DNA of 52,509 nt from an uncultured archaeon (GTDB taxonomy: Archaea; Asgardarchaeota; Lokiarchaeia; Sigyniarchaeales; SOKP01): positions 95,325-147,833 of the forward strand of contig CAYLZE010000001.1 of NCBI GenBank assembly GCA_964388035.1, in the 5' to 3' direction. The position numbers were made by a program, and so were the translations under genes. Shown here piece by piece: positions 1-10,145 of this stretch. Numbering within the stretch: position 1 is the first letter of the stretch; each line of letters starts with the position of its first letter. Under the pieces are notes generated by a model. The model saw only the letters and a list, made by a program, of their open reading frames with translations. It had not been told where the DNA came from and searched no databases.

Positions 1-192
1 TACCAAGAAGCCCAGGGAATTTTAAATTTTTGAACCATTTAATTCACTCATTTTTAGAATAGTTAACAAATTGTATTTTAAAAAATGAAATTCTCTTTAA
101 AATTAATAATTGACTGCTAAAATGTAATTCTATATTATTGTTATGGAGCTGACAACATTTAAACATTATGGTAAAATCAATAAAATCAATCC

Positions 193-1008
193 TTACTCCT
201 CCCTTTTAGCTTGAAATAAGCGAGTGATATTAGGCCAGAATATCAAGAGCAGAGCTGTCAAGATTAAAATAGTAATGGTACTATCAACATTTAAAATCGA
301 TACAGGAACGTTATAGAGGGCATGAATTCCCATTGCAATAAAGATATTTTTTGTTCGGAGATAAACCAAGGCAAAAAGCCAGCCTAATCCGAATACTATT
401 AACAGACTTAGAACTAAATCCCATCCCATAATTCCCCCCAGCAATCGTATGGGAACATGTATTAAAGCAAAAATTGCTTGTGAAACGAGTAATGCTTGGG
501 TTAGTGTTATTTTAACGGATTTCTCTTCCTTTTGGAATAAGAAATAGAATTGAGGGACTAAGAATGCCCGGAAAACCATTTCTTCATAAAACGCATTGCC
601 AAAAATTTGAGCAATAAAACTTCCGAGAGGAGGTAATAGACCATAAGTTATCCAAATTGGATTTATTTCAAGGTTTTGAATTGCAATGAGCATTACGACC
701 AAATTAATTAGTTGCAATATTCCCCAAAAGGCTACTATTAGAATAATTGCGGGAATTATTTTAGATTTGATTAACCCGAGATCGTTAGCGGAGACATTAT
801 TTCTAATAATAATTAAGAAATATGCAATAAAAATTAATCCTAAATTAACGATTAATGTAATATTTATCAAGCCATGGGTATAGATTTCCACAGGATCAAG
901 CCAGTCATGAGTGAAAACCACAAAAACAATGAAAATGGTGAGTATAATGTCCGCAATAAGGACGAATAAAATATTAATCTTCTTACTTTTCTGAATCTGG
1001 TCAAACAT
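193..1008 (-). CDS. CPBP-family (CAAX/Abi) intramembrane glutamic protease
   Basis: Multi-TM protein with the family motifs EExxFR (YEEMVFRA), FxxxH (FALIH) and HxxxN (HALYN). Confidence 0.9.
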   Translation of the reverse strand: MFDQIQKSKKINILFVLIADIILTIFIVFVVFTHDWLDPVEIYTHGLINITLIVNLGLIFIAYFLIIIRNNVSANDLGLIKSKIIPAIILIVAFWGILQLINLVVMLIAIQNLEINPIWITYGLLPPLGSFIAQIFGNAFYEEMVFRAFLVPQFYFLFQKEEKSVKITLTQALLVSQAIFALIHVPIRLLGGIMGWDLVLSLLIVFGLGWLFALVYLRTKNIFIAMGIHALYNVPVSILNVDSTITILILTALLLIFWPNITRLFQAKREE

Positions 1009-1305
1009 GAATCGGAGTAATCAGAGTTATAATTGGAGAAAATGAAAAAAATCTTATAAATGTATCAAATTTGAACTATATAAATTAAAATTAAATAAAA
1101 TTATTAAGAAAGAAAATTCGTTTTTGCTACTTACGGATACTAATTTATCTTAAGAAGATTAGAATTACTACTTTTCGAATATAAGGAGATTCCATCTATT
1201 AAGATTAATAATTAATTCCCATAATGAGTTAGCAAATCAGATATTCAGTTTAGAATAGATTTTTAATAGTAATTAAGTATAATAATGCATATAACTATCT
1301 TTTAA

Positions 1306-1497
1306 ATGGTAAAGAATATCGCATCAAAAACTATTAAGATCCAAGAAGAAACGTATTTAAGACTTATCCAATTAAAGCAAGAAAATGAGATTTTAGATGA
1401 CTTAATTCAGCGATTAACCTTTCAAAAGCAAGATATTTCTCCCTTTTTTGGATTTTTCACAGAGAAGGAAGGAGATGAAATTGAAAAAGCCATTTAA
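1306..1497 (+). CDS. Archaeal VapB-type antitoxin (possibly C-terminally truncated)
   Basis: KTIKIQEETYLRLIQLK...DDLIQRL pattern typical of archaeal RHH antitoxins; lies directly upstream of a PIN-toxin remnant. Confidence 0.75.
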   Translation: MVKNIASKTIKIQEETYLRLIQLKQENEILDDLIQRLTFQKQDISPFFGFFTEKEGDEIEKAI

Positions 1498-1550
1498 GAT
1501 GCTATAGATTAAATGATTTAATTGAAGAAAGTAGAGATGAGGAAAGTTAA

Positions 1551-1965
1551 TTGGATAAAGCAGTTTGCATAGATACTCGGGTCTTATCTAATTATCTTAA
1601 GGGAAAAGACACTGCAAGGTGCAAGGAAAATCATAAATAAATATGAGGAAAAAAGATTTGAAATTTATACAACCATTATAAATATTACTGAGTTTTTTAT
1701 GGGAGCATATAAGATAGGTAATTTATCTGATGAACGTCTCAAAGTATTAAAAGCTTTTTTTTCTTATACTCAATCCAAGAACAATTGATTACGTACAAGT
1801 ATTTTAGCAGGAAAGTTATATGCAAACGTGTTAAAAGGAAAAGAAATTGGATGGAGAGACACTTTTATTGCTGCTATTACAATACATAAGGGAAATACAA
1901 TTATAACCAGTAATGCCGAACATTTCAGACGCATTCCAGAATTGGTGGTAAATGAAAATTTTTAA
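1551..1965 (+). pseudogene. vapC: VapC/PIN-domain toxin pseudogene
   Basis: Manual translation from TTG 1551: MDKAVCIDTRVLSNYLKG... A 7-bp duplication TGCAAGG (1613-1619/1620-1626) shifts the frame; then ...IYTTIINITEFFMGA..., in-frame TGA 1786-1788, then ...GKEIGWRDTFIAAITIHKGNTIITSNAEHFRRIPEL, ending at TAA 1965. Confidence 0.85.
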
Positions 1966-2121
1966 TTAGAAAAATTAAACCGAATCAATGGAATAATAAA
2001 AAGATAACTGGAAGTAGGAGTTGGCGCTTATTTATTTCCTTAAATCGTAAGAATTTATATTTTTTCCCGTTGCTATTAAACCATGGCGGGTTTACCCTTT
2101 ATTTAAAATATTTAATGAGAT

Positions 2122-2940
2122 TTATTCCCCCCAGTTTTTCTGTCCAGCAATATCTACTGCATTAATTTCAGCATGATGATATCTTTTATTTTTAGTAGTT
2201 TTTCCTTTTCTAATTTGAATAGCTTGAACAGGACAATAATGAATGCACGCGTAACAATAAGTACATTTAATATTTTCTTTCCATTCTGGTTTATCATTAT
2301 TTATTCTTATTTTTCCCGATAAGCACACTCTTTCACACGTTCCGCATCCTTTACATTTTGAATCTGAATAAAAAGTTTTTTCCACGTTGAAAAAACTTGT
2401 TCTTTGATATATCCATGTAATTAATGGAAAGATTAAATGGAATACTAAAAATAATGAAATCGGGTCTTTTTGCATTTGGACTTTCTTATTAATGATAATT
2501 TCTTGAATTGTATCCAATTTCTCTTGTAAATTATGTTCTATTTCCTCGATCTCCTGTTCAGATGGAATTTTAAACATGGGAATATAATTTATCGGCATTT
2601 CGACCGAGAAGGATGCATTAAGAAACTTATTTTTTTTAGCTAGTAATTTATTCATGTCTGAAAAAACTTTAGAGCTACATATTCGTGAGGTTATCGCAAA
2701 TATATAGGATGAGGTACTTACGTCAACTCTTTGGAGAAATTTCTTAACTATATGAGGAAAAGTAAAAGCTTGTATTGGAAAAACAAATCCTATAATTTCT
2801 GCTTTTGTTTCAATACTAGGAAGATCTAATGCACTGATAATTGGTATGAGAGTAGTATTAGGAATTCTCTTTTTCAATTCTCGCGCAATATGAAGGGAAT
2901 TTCCGGTTCCTGAAAAATAATATATTTCGAGGTCTTTCAT
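2122..2940 (-). CDS. EFR1-type flavodoxin-ferredoxin fusion protein
   Basis: N-terminal YFSGTGNS flavodoxin motif; C-terminal CxxCxxCxxxC and CxxCxxCxxxCP 4Fe-4S motifs. Confidence 0.9.
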   Translation of the reverse strand: MKDLEIYYFSGTGNSLHIARELKKRIPNTTLIPIISALDLPSIETKAEIIGFVFPIQAFTFPHIVKKFLQRVDVSTSSYIFAITSRICSSKVFSDMNKLLAKKNKFLNASFSVEMPINYIPMFKIPSEQEIEEIEHNLQEKLDTIQEIIINKKVQMQKDPISLFLVFHLIFPLITWIYQRTSFFNVEKTFYSDSKCKGCGTCERVCLSGKIRINNDKPEWKENIKCTYCYACIHYCPVQAIQIRKGKTTKNKRYHHAEINAVDIAGQKNWGE

Positions 2941-3137
2941 GTGAATTTTCCAAATATATTAATATCTCATTATAAATCTATATTTGGAATTCTTTAATAT
3001 TTATTACAGAATGATTAATGTTAATTAAGAGTGACCTTTTTGCTCTTATTCTATGTTATTGTGAACTTAAATCGCGTGTAATTTATGATAAATGCATGGA
3101 ATTCTTTTATAGATGCGAATATGTTTTTATAATAGAT

Positions 3138-3419
3138 ATGACTAAAAAGATTAATATAAAATTACCTATTGATTTGCTTGAATTAACTGGCCTTAGTTCT
3201 GAACGATTAGAAGAAAAAAGTCTTTTAATCTGGGTGTTAGAGTTATATTCAGAAGGTAAGATTACTCTTTTTAAAGCAGCAAATTTAGCTCACTTAAAAG
3301 TTGATAATTTTTTATCTGAATTTAAAAGGTGGCACCTAAAGCATATTGGATGCTCAGAAAATCTCCAACAAGCACAAAACGATCAAGATGTAATTCATAA
3401 CTTAATTAAAGATCAATGA
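3138..3419 (+). CDS. UPF0175-family predicted antitoxin
   Basis: LELYSEGKITLFKAANLA HTH pattern; in-frame ATG 3138 preferred over ORF-track start 3018; stop overlaps next ATG (ATGA). Confidence 0.75.
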   Translation: MTKKINIKLPIDLLELTGLSSERLEEKSLLIWVLELYSEGKITLFKAANLAHLKVDNFLSEFKRWHLKHIGCSENLQQAQNDQDVIHNLIKDQ

Positions 3420-3873
3420 TCATGATAATTCTTGATAATAGTATATATTGAGTGCCTTTTCATATCTTGAACTTTTACCTTCATTAGAAAAACTTCTTAA
3501 ATCAGCGCTTATTACAAAAGAAATGCAAAACGATTATTCGATTGGCTGGCTACAATCTATTCCTAACGGGATATAAAAATATAGGAGACAGATAATATTG
3601 ATTTAAAAAATATTCCTTTATCATTGAGTTCAGTATATTGAGTCTCATTAGGTTAGCGTTAGAACATAATATGCCTCTAACCTCAGATGATAGACCTTTA
3701 AGAAATTACGCAAAAAGACTTCAGCTCTCAATTACAGGTTCACTTGGATTATTGAAAACCCTATATCAAAAGAAAATAATTAAAACTAAGGAAAAATATA
3801 CTTATTATTTTCAGAAACTTCAAGATATCGATATATATCTGATGAACTTAGGAAATGGGCATTAGAAGATTAA
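3416..3873 (+). pseudogene. DUF3368-like PIN-domain toxin pseudogene
   Basis: MIMIILDNS(fs)ILSAFSYLELL...; C-terminal part LALEHNMPLTSDDRPLRNYAKRLQLSITGSLGLL (ORF 3638-3865); several frameshifts, some in AT dinucleotide runs (about 3442-3448 and 3831-3838). Confidence 0.8.
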
Positions 3874-4095
3874 ATATAATTCTTCCTCATATTTGACGAA
3901 TTAACCATTGTGCTACAATTACTTTGATTAACATGTTAATGATATCTCATGCTATATATATTTATTTATTAAAATAAGAGTAAATCAATTGAGGCCCACT
4001 TATAACTCGTTGTTATTACTGTGACAATCTATCCCAATATTTTTATGGATTTTAACATTATATAGAATTAATAATCAATAACCAAAGAAAAATTA

Positions 4096-4383
4096 ATGAT
4101 GTCTTCAAAAAATAAATACATAATAATGAACAATCAAGATAATTGTGCGACCACATTGGATGATCTTCCTCAAGGAGAAACACTAAATATTCGGGGAAAT
4201 ACTATTGTATTGAATCAACCCATAGCTCTGGGACATAAACTTGCCTTGGAGGATATACCCTCGGGAAAGTTAGTATACAAATATGGTCAAATCATCGGAA
4301 TTACGACAAAAGCAATCCAGAAAGGAGAGTGGATTCACATTCATAATCTAAAAAGCCATTATTTGGAGATGGTTTCCAAATGA
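4096..4383 (+). CDS. UxaA-family dehydratase small (SAF-domain) subunit, SuyA/altronate dehydratase-like
   Basis: DNCAT...GHKLALEDI...KYGQIIG...IQKGEWIHIHN SAF signature; ATGA overlap with the large subunit. Confidence 0.9.
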   Translation: MMSSKNKYIIMNNQDNCATTLDDLPQGETLNIRGNTIVLNQPIALGHKLALEDIPSGKLVYKYGQIIGITTKAIQKGEWIHIHNLKSHYLEMVSK

Positions 4384-5558
4384 CAGAAGAATTTATGGGG
4401 TATGCGCGCCCTAAAGGAATGGTGGGAATTCGAAATAAGATAGGTATAATGGCCAGCGTGTCATGTGTAGATTTTGTGGTAGAAAAGATTGCTCGAGGTG
4501 TTGAAAATTCCGTTGCTATTACCCATCCTCTTGGTTGCGGTCAATTTGGGCAAGATCTTACCAATGTTCAGCGTACCTTAGTAGGGCTTGGATCTAATCC
4601 TAATCTTTATGGCGTGCTCATCGTTGGACTTGGTTGTGAGAACTTGAAGAGCGATTATCTGGCTAAAAACATTAAGCGAACGAAAAAACCAGTAGAACAT
4701 TTTGATTTACAAGATGTCAACGGAGGGGAGCCGGTGGCTGTTGAAAAAGGAATAAAAATCGCCAAGCAGATGACCGCAGAGGCTAAGGAGTTGAAAAGAG
4801 AGCCATTTGATTTTTCTCATTTAATTTTAGGATTGGAATGTGGGGGTTCCGATTCTATTTCTGGAATAACCGCAAATCCAGCAGTAGGCGTGGTATCGGA
4901 TAAAATAGTTAAATATGGAGGCACGAGCATCCTGCCTGAATTCACGGAATGGATTGGGACGGAGCATCTTCTCATGAAAAGGGCAATAAGTGAAAAAGTG
5001 GCAAGGCAGATCGAGCTTCCTATTAAACGGCTGTTGGAACGCACCATGGAAATAGGCGTGGATTTTAGAGGTTCCCAGCCCACTCCTGGAAATATTGAAG
5101 GAGGCTTAACTACTATTGAAGAAAAATCCCTCGGAACAACCGCAAAATCGGGGAAATCTCCCATCAGTGGAGTAATTAATTATTCCCAAAAACCTAAAAG
5201 GAAAGGGCTTTGGCTAATGGTGGAACCCGGGAATGATATTGAATCAATGACGGGGCTGGCTGCAGCCGGAGCTCAAATAATAACGATGACTACAGGGAGA
5301 GGCACTCCGACAGGAAATCCAATTGCTCCGGTGATAAAGTTATGCGGTAATCCTCACACTTGCGACTGGTTAAAAGTGCATATTGATGTTGATGCAAGTA
5401 AGATTATCACGGAAAATAAATCAGTAGAAAATGTGGGTGAAATATTATGGCAAGATGTCAAAGCAACATGTAATGGGAAATTAACTAAAGCAGAGTTGTT
5501 TGGACATTATAATATTGCAATTTGGAGGCACTTAGCATTTCCATTTTCCCTGGTTTAA
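4380..5558 (+). CDS. UxaA-family dehydratase large subunit (altronate/galactarate dehydratase or sulfolactate sulfo-lyase SuyB-like)
   Basis: GIRN, HPLGC, GLGCE, LECGGSD..SG.TANP, GN..GGLTTIEEKSLG and TTGRG motifs. Confidence 0.92.
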   Translation: MTEEFMGYARPKGMVGIRNKIGIMASVSCVDFVVEKIARGVENSVAITHPLGCGQFGQDLTNVQRTLVGLGSNPNLYGVLIVGLGCENLKSDYLAKNIKRTKKPVEHFDLQDVNGGEPVAVEKGIKIAKQMTAEAKELKREPFDFSHLILGLECGGSDSISGITANPAVGVVSDKIVKYGGTSILPEFTEWIGTEHLLMKRAISEKVARQIELPIKRLLERTMEIGVDFRGSQPTPGNIEGGLTTIEEKSLGTTAKSGKSPISGVINYSQKPKRKGLWLMVEPGNDIESMTGLAAAGAQIITMTTGRGTPTGNPIAPVIKLCGNPHTCDWLKVHIDVDASKIITENKSVENVGEILWQDVKATCNGKLTKAELFGHYNIAIWRHLAFPFSLV

Positions 5559-5618
5559 CTTTATTAATATAACATTGAAATTATTATAATTAATTAATAA
5601 AAATGTAGGTGAAAATAC

Positions 5619-6560
5619 ACGTTAGAAAAAATTTTCGGTATAATACCTCCTATTATTACACCTCTCAAGGAGGATGAGAGTATCGATGAAGAGGGTCTTC
5701 GAGCAGTGGTTGATTTTCTTGTCAAGTATGGGGCTTCAGGAATTTTTGTGAATGGCACGGCAGGAGAATTTCCTTATCTATCGGTAAAAGAACGAGTTTC
5801 AGTGACAAGAATTGTTAAGGATCAAGTTCGCTCTAAAGTTTGCGTGTTAATGGGAGTTTCTGATGTATCACTAAAAAGAACCCTGAAATTAGTCGATCAT
5901 GGCGTGGAATTAGGCGTGGATGGTTTCGTTACCACATTTCCTCAATATTTTTCGCTAGATTCCAATGATATTAGATTAATCTTAACTCAAATTCATGATA
6001 GAATCCCCGATAAGCCAGTTTTAGCTTATGACGTGAGTAGTGTAGTACCCACCACAGCAAGCCTGAATCCAAAATTGATTATAGAACTAGCAAATGCGAA
6101 AATTCTTCTAGGGTTGAAATATACTGGAGCTGATTGGGAAAATTATGCCTCTATTATCCTTAATGGATTGAATAATCGAGATTTTTTTAGATTATTTGCA
6201 GGTTCAGAAGCACTAACTAGAAAGATATATGAAGAGGGCTATCAATTTGATGGAGGGATCTACTCTGGATCAAATATCTTTCCACGACTTTATCGTGATT
6301 ATTATGAAGCAATGAAATGCAAGGATGAACCATTAATTTCAAAAACTCTCGGGCTCTTGTTCCTTTCAGGGGGTATTTTTGGAACAGTTCCCCCTTCAAG
6401 CGGACCTGGGCTGATAAAAGAAATATTAACTAAACTAGGGCTTCCCATCTCGTCAAAAGTACATTCGCCCTTGCCCCCTATTAAAGATAGGATTTTCAAG
6501 AAAATTGATAAATTGCTTGAAACTATTGAAAATGCGGGTTATTTGGATAAATATGATTAA
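5619..6560 (+). CDS. DHDPS/NAL-family class I aldolase (KDG-aldolase-like); start probably at ACG 5619
   Basis: GIIPPIITP lies in frame upstream of the ORF-track GTG 5706; GTAGEF, conserved Tyr (AYDV) and Schiff-base Lys (GLKYT). Confidence 0.85.
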   Translation, partial: TLEKIFGIIPPIITPLKEDESIDEEGLRAVVDFLVKYGASGIFVNGTAGEFPYLSVKERVSVTRIVKDQVRSKVCVLMGVSDVSLKRTLKLVDHGVELGVDGFVTTFPQYFSLDSNDIRLILTQIHDRIPDKPVLAYDVSSVVPTTASLNPKLIIELANAKILLGLKYTGADWENYASIILNGLNNRDFFRLFAGSEALTRKIYEEGYQFDGGIYSGSNIFPRLYRDYYEAMKCKDEPLISKTLGLLFLSGGIFGTVPPSSGPGLIKEILTKLGLPISSKVHSPLPPIKDRIFKKIDKLLETIENAGYLDKYD

Positions 6561-6600
6561 TTTTATTTATTCTACTTAAAATTTAATTTAAGCTTGTTAA

Positions 6601-8283
6601 ATGATGATTAAGATGACCGAAAAAGAAGTAGATATAAAAGAAAGAAGTAAAAGTATTTTTGAGCCAATCAAGAACACTCCCAACTATTTTGGTCCATATG
6701 GTGTTTGGAGAGGGGTAGGCTTGGAAGAAAAAGAAATTGATAAAAAGCCATTAGTAGCAATTGCGAACACGTGGAGTGATTTCAACCCCGGACATCGGCA
6801 TCTTCGACAAATTTCTGAAGGTGTAAGATGGGGAATACTTGAAGCCGGAGGCATTCCCATGGAATTTAATACCATTGCCCCTTGTGATGGCATAGCCCAA
6901 GGTAATGAGGGAATGAGATACATTCTCCTCCAAAGAGATCTCATTGCAGATTCTATTGAAGCCACGCTTGAAGCCCACCGCTTGGATGCTATGGTGACTT
7001 TATCCTCTTGTGATAAGATTAATCCTGCTGTCTTGATGGCGGCAGCTCGCTTGAATATTCCCACAATTTGCATTCCGGGAGGACCGGGGATGATGCAGAT
7101 CGAATTTAGTCCCAATTATAAGGGATTATATCATCATGATTATGAACGACCCGATGACGTTTTTGCTTGTCATACTTGTGAGACCCAAGGAGCTTGCGGG
7201 TACATGGGTACGGCTAATTCTATGCAATGTCTTGCTGAAGCTCTAGGAATGACAATGCCCAATGCTGCGACAATTCCTGCAGTAAGTGAATATAAATATA
7301 TCATTGCGAAGCACTCCGGGAGACAAATTATAGAGCTACTTAAAAAAGGAATCAAACCCTCGGATATCCTCACCCAGGAAGCATTGGAAAATGCTATCAT
7401 GGTGGATATGGCCATCGGAGGTTCCACGAATGTTGCGCTACATTTACCTGCTATAGCTCAAGAGTTAGGAATTGATTTAGACCTTGAACTCTTCAACAAG
7501 TATAGTAAAATTATTCCCATGATTGCAAATGTTCAACCCAGTGGCGTTTATTCTATTACCGATCTTTATGGAGCTGGGGGCATACCCGCTGTCATGAAAC
7601 GAATAGAAAAATTTCTTCACTTGGATTGTCTCACCGTGTCTGGAAAAACGTGGAAGCAGTTATTGCGCAGGATTAAATTCCAAGAAGAGGAAATAATTAG
7701 ACCTTTAGCGAATCCCATTTTTCCCGAAGGAGGAACCGTCATACTGAAAGGTAATCTTGCTCCTAATGGTGCGGTTATAAAGCAATCGGGTATAAAGGAT
7801 AAAAAGATGTTAAATTTCACGGGGGAAGCGATGGTATTTGATTCTCATCATGAAGCGGTTCAAGCTCTCACCCGAAATGAAATAAAAAATGGACACGTGG
7901 TAATCATTCGATATGAAGGGCCTAAAGGCGCGCCAGGGATGCCCGAGAATCAAGCCTTCGGTGAATTACTTAATGTGCGCAAGGATATCACGGATGTGGC
8001 AATGATTACGGATGGTAGATTTTCAGGAGCTACCTTCGGACCTGTCATTGGTCATGTTTCTCCAGAAGCATACGTTGGAGGACCCATTGCCATCATAGAG
8101 AATGGAGATACGATTAAGATTGATATCCCAAATAGAACAATGGATGTTTCACTCTCTGATGAAACCATTAAAAAAAGACTAGAAAAATGGCATCCTATTG
8201 AACATGAGGTTAAGAGCAAAGTCCTAAAACGGTATCGCATGCTCGTTACTTCTGCCGATAAGGGTGCGGTCTTAAAATGTTAA
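6601..8283 (+). CDS. IlvD/Edd-family dihydroxy-acid / sugar-acid dehydratase
   Basis: PGH, CDG, CDK, GACxxMGTANSM, GGSTN, YEGPKGAPGMPE, TDGRFSG and GHVSPEA motifs. Confidence 0.93.
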   Translation: MMIKMTEKEVDIKERSKSIFEPIKNTPNYFGPYGVWRGVGLEEKEIDKKPLVAIANTWSDFNPGHRHLRQISEGVRWGILEAGGIPMEFNTIAPCDGIAQGNEGMRYILLQRDLIADSIEATLEAHRLDAMVTLSSCDKINPAVLMAAARLNIPTICIPGGPGMMQIEFSPNYKGLYHHDYERPDDVFACHTCETQGACGYMGTANSMQCLAEALGMTMPNAATIPAVSEYKYIIAKHSGRQIIELLKKGIKPSDILTQEALENAIMVDMAIGGSTNVALHLPAIAQELGIDLDLELFNKYSKIIPMIANVQPSGVYSITDLYGAGGIPAVMKRIEKFLHLDCLTVSGKTWKQLLRRIKFQEEEIIRPLANPIFPEGGTVILKGNLAPNGAVIKQSGIKDKKMLNFTGEAMVFDSHHEAVQALTRNEIKNGHVVIIRYEGPKGAPGMPENQAFGELLNVRKDITDVAMITDGRFSGATFGPVIGHVSPEAYVGGPIAIIENGDTIKIDIPNRTMDVSLSDETIKKRLEKWHPIEHEVKSKVLKRYRMLVTSADKGAVLKC

Positions 8284-8488
8284 AGCAAGGGTTCCTATTT
8301 ATTTTTTTTCTTTATCTAAGTAATGTTTCCCTTTCTATTAGTAAACTATTAAGAATTTTTATTTAATTAAACAACTTTTAAAAAAATAATCTTAAATAGA
8401 ATTTTGTATGATTTTTACTTGTACTAAAATTATCAATGAAAATTCTAAAAATAAAAATTAAAAACTTATAAAAAGGTGTGGAATAAGA

Positions 8489-9247
8489 ATGAAGGAATCC
8501 GGTGAGATGGAGCTAGTAAAACCCGGAGTATCCTGGAGACATTTAGTGGTTACTGCTTTAGCTACGGGAGTAGCAACAATATTAGCAATATATGCGGTCA
8601 TTGCTGCCCCAGTAGCTCCTTTTCCGGGGGTTTCAGGGTTATATCTCGCAGCTGCGGTGTACGTACCTCTTAGTCTTTGGCTAGGTATTTGGGGTGTTCT
8701 TGCTGGTTATATTTCATGTATAATTCTAGGTTTTATTTCAGGATTCGGAGTTTGGAGCTTTTACTGGGCTTTAGCAGATTTATTTGAAGGATTAGTACCA
8801 CTTTTAGTGTTCAGGATTGCGAGAGCTGACGTAGATATAGGAAAAGATTTGAAACATCCTAAAGAATTATACTTATTATTAGGGGTATTAGTTATTAATC
8901 TAATTGTTTCTGCCGTTGCAACTGCCTTGGTGTTATCTATCTTATGGATTATTACCTTGATCATTACAATTGGTCTTTTAATTGCAATGTACGCACTTAA
9001 TCCCTCAAAATCTTGGCTACTCTATGTTATTTTTGGAGTATTTGGCGCAGCATTAGTTTCTGCATTATTTGGAATCTCCGGACTCGTTTTAGCGGGATTC
9101 GCTCCTATAGAAGCCTTCTGGGTAGGAGTAATTGGATGGTTTGCTGGAGACCTAATTGTGCTCTCAGCAATTGCTACTCCTATGATGGTATCTCTCACGG
9201 GAAGATTAAAAGAAACTTCCGTATTTGTAGAGAAGTGGTTTTCTTGA
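8489..9247 (+). CDS. Putative ECF substrate-binding (S) component, MASE1-like multi-TM protein
   Basis: Highly hydrophobic; AxxxA in TM1 (ATGVA/ATILA); C-terminal WFAGD...TP; first gene before ecfT and ecfA. Confidence 0.65.
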   Translation: MKESGEMELVKPGVSWRHLVVTALATGVATILAIYAVIAAPVAPFPGVSGLYLAAAVYVPLSLWLGIWGVLAGYISCIILGFISGFGVWSFYWALADLFEGLVPLLVFRIARADVDIGKDLKHPKELYLLLGVLVINLIVSAVATALVLSILWIITLIITIGLLIAMYALNPSKSWLLYVIFGVFGAALVSALFGISGLVLAGFAPIEAFWVGVIGWFAGDLIVLSAIATPMMVSLTGRLKETSVFVEKWFS

Positions 9248-9272
9248 CAATAATTAATTATAAATTAGTAAG

Positions 9273-10145
9273 GTGAGAAGAGTTTCAACTCTTTCTAAAA
9301 CTTTTTTTTCTTATATCCCATCCAATAGCGTGATGGCAAAAACCCATCCCGTTGTAAAAATAGCGATGACATTAATTTTAAGTATAAGCGCCTTTTTCTT
9401 AACTAATTTTCTGGATTTAATCGCCCTCTTGATATTTGATATCCTTCTCATCCTCATTACTAAAATTCCTGTATTTTCAAAGAAATTTAGAAAAATTCTC
9501 ATTGCTTTCTTTTTCATGAATGTATCTATTTTTATTGCGTGGTGTTTCTTTTCCCAACGTCCCGGAAATATTGTTTTTTACCAAAGAACTATCGAGTTAA
9601 TCAAAAATAAATGGACGTGGCATATTCTTATTACTGAAAACACGCTCCAATCGGCGGCTACCATCTCTTTAAGAGCAATCATCATGTTCTTGTTGATGCT
9701 GTTTTTTTTCGTGAGCGTATCTGATCGCGATTTAATTTATGGATTGAGATCGATTAAAATTCCATTTGCCCTCTGTTTAATGATTAATTTGACCTTCCGT
9801 GGATTATCAATGTTTCAACAAGAATATTCGATTGTGAAAGAAGCAATGATGACGAGGGGGGTTGAATTTAAGAAAGTCTCTCTTACCAAACGGATTAGCA
9901 ATTTTGTTTCCATCTTCATGGCTTTAATTGTGCTCATGTTCAAAAAAACAGAGGACATGTCGAATTCTATTGAGGCTAGAGGCATACCTTTTCGTTCTAA
10001 AAATAGGACAATATATCAATATTATCCCTTAACCAAGAAAGATTATGTAAGTCTTGTTATATTGTTTCTTTTCCTATCCCTGACTATTTGTCTGAGAATT
10101 ATTAATCAAAACTTGATATTAACTTTAATTAGTTTAGTGGTGTGA
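9273..10145 (+). CDS. ecfT: ECF transporter transmembrane T component
   Basis: HPVVK N-terminus, two XRG coupling motifs (MTRG, EARG), CbiQ/EcfT layout. Confidence 0.9.
   Translation: MRRVSTLSKTFFSYIPSNSVMAKTHPVVKIAMTLILSISAFFLTNFLDLIALLIFDILLILITKIPVFSKKFRKILIAFFFMNVSIFIAWCFFSQRPGNIVFYQRTIELIKNKWTWHILITENTLQSAATISLRAIIMFLLMLFFFVSVSDRDLIYGLRSIKIPFALCLMINLTFRGLSMFQQEYSIVKEAMMTRGVEFKKVSLTKRISNFVSIFMALIVLMFKKTEDMSNSIEARGIPFRSKNRTIYQYYPLTKKDYVSLVILFLFLSLTICLRIINQNLILTLISLVV

Noticed and set aside
1786-1788. In-frame TGA as possible selenocysteine
   Set aside because: It lies in a PIN gene with another lesion, not at a redox Cys position, and I saw no convincing SECIS element.
3018-3137. N-terminal extension of the UPF0175 ORF
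   Set aside because: Reads like AT-rich promoter DNA; family-like sequence starts at ATG 3138.
4010-4028. ATTACTGTGACAAT, similar to ATTACCGTGACAAT at 19782-19795
   Set aside because: The second copy overlaps the ribosome-binding region of its gene; two hits are too weak to call an operator.
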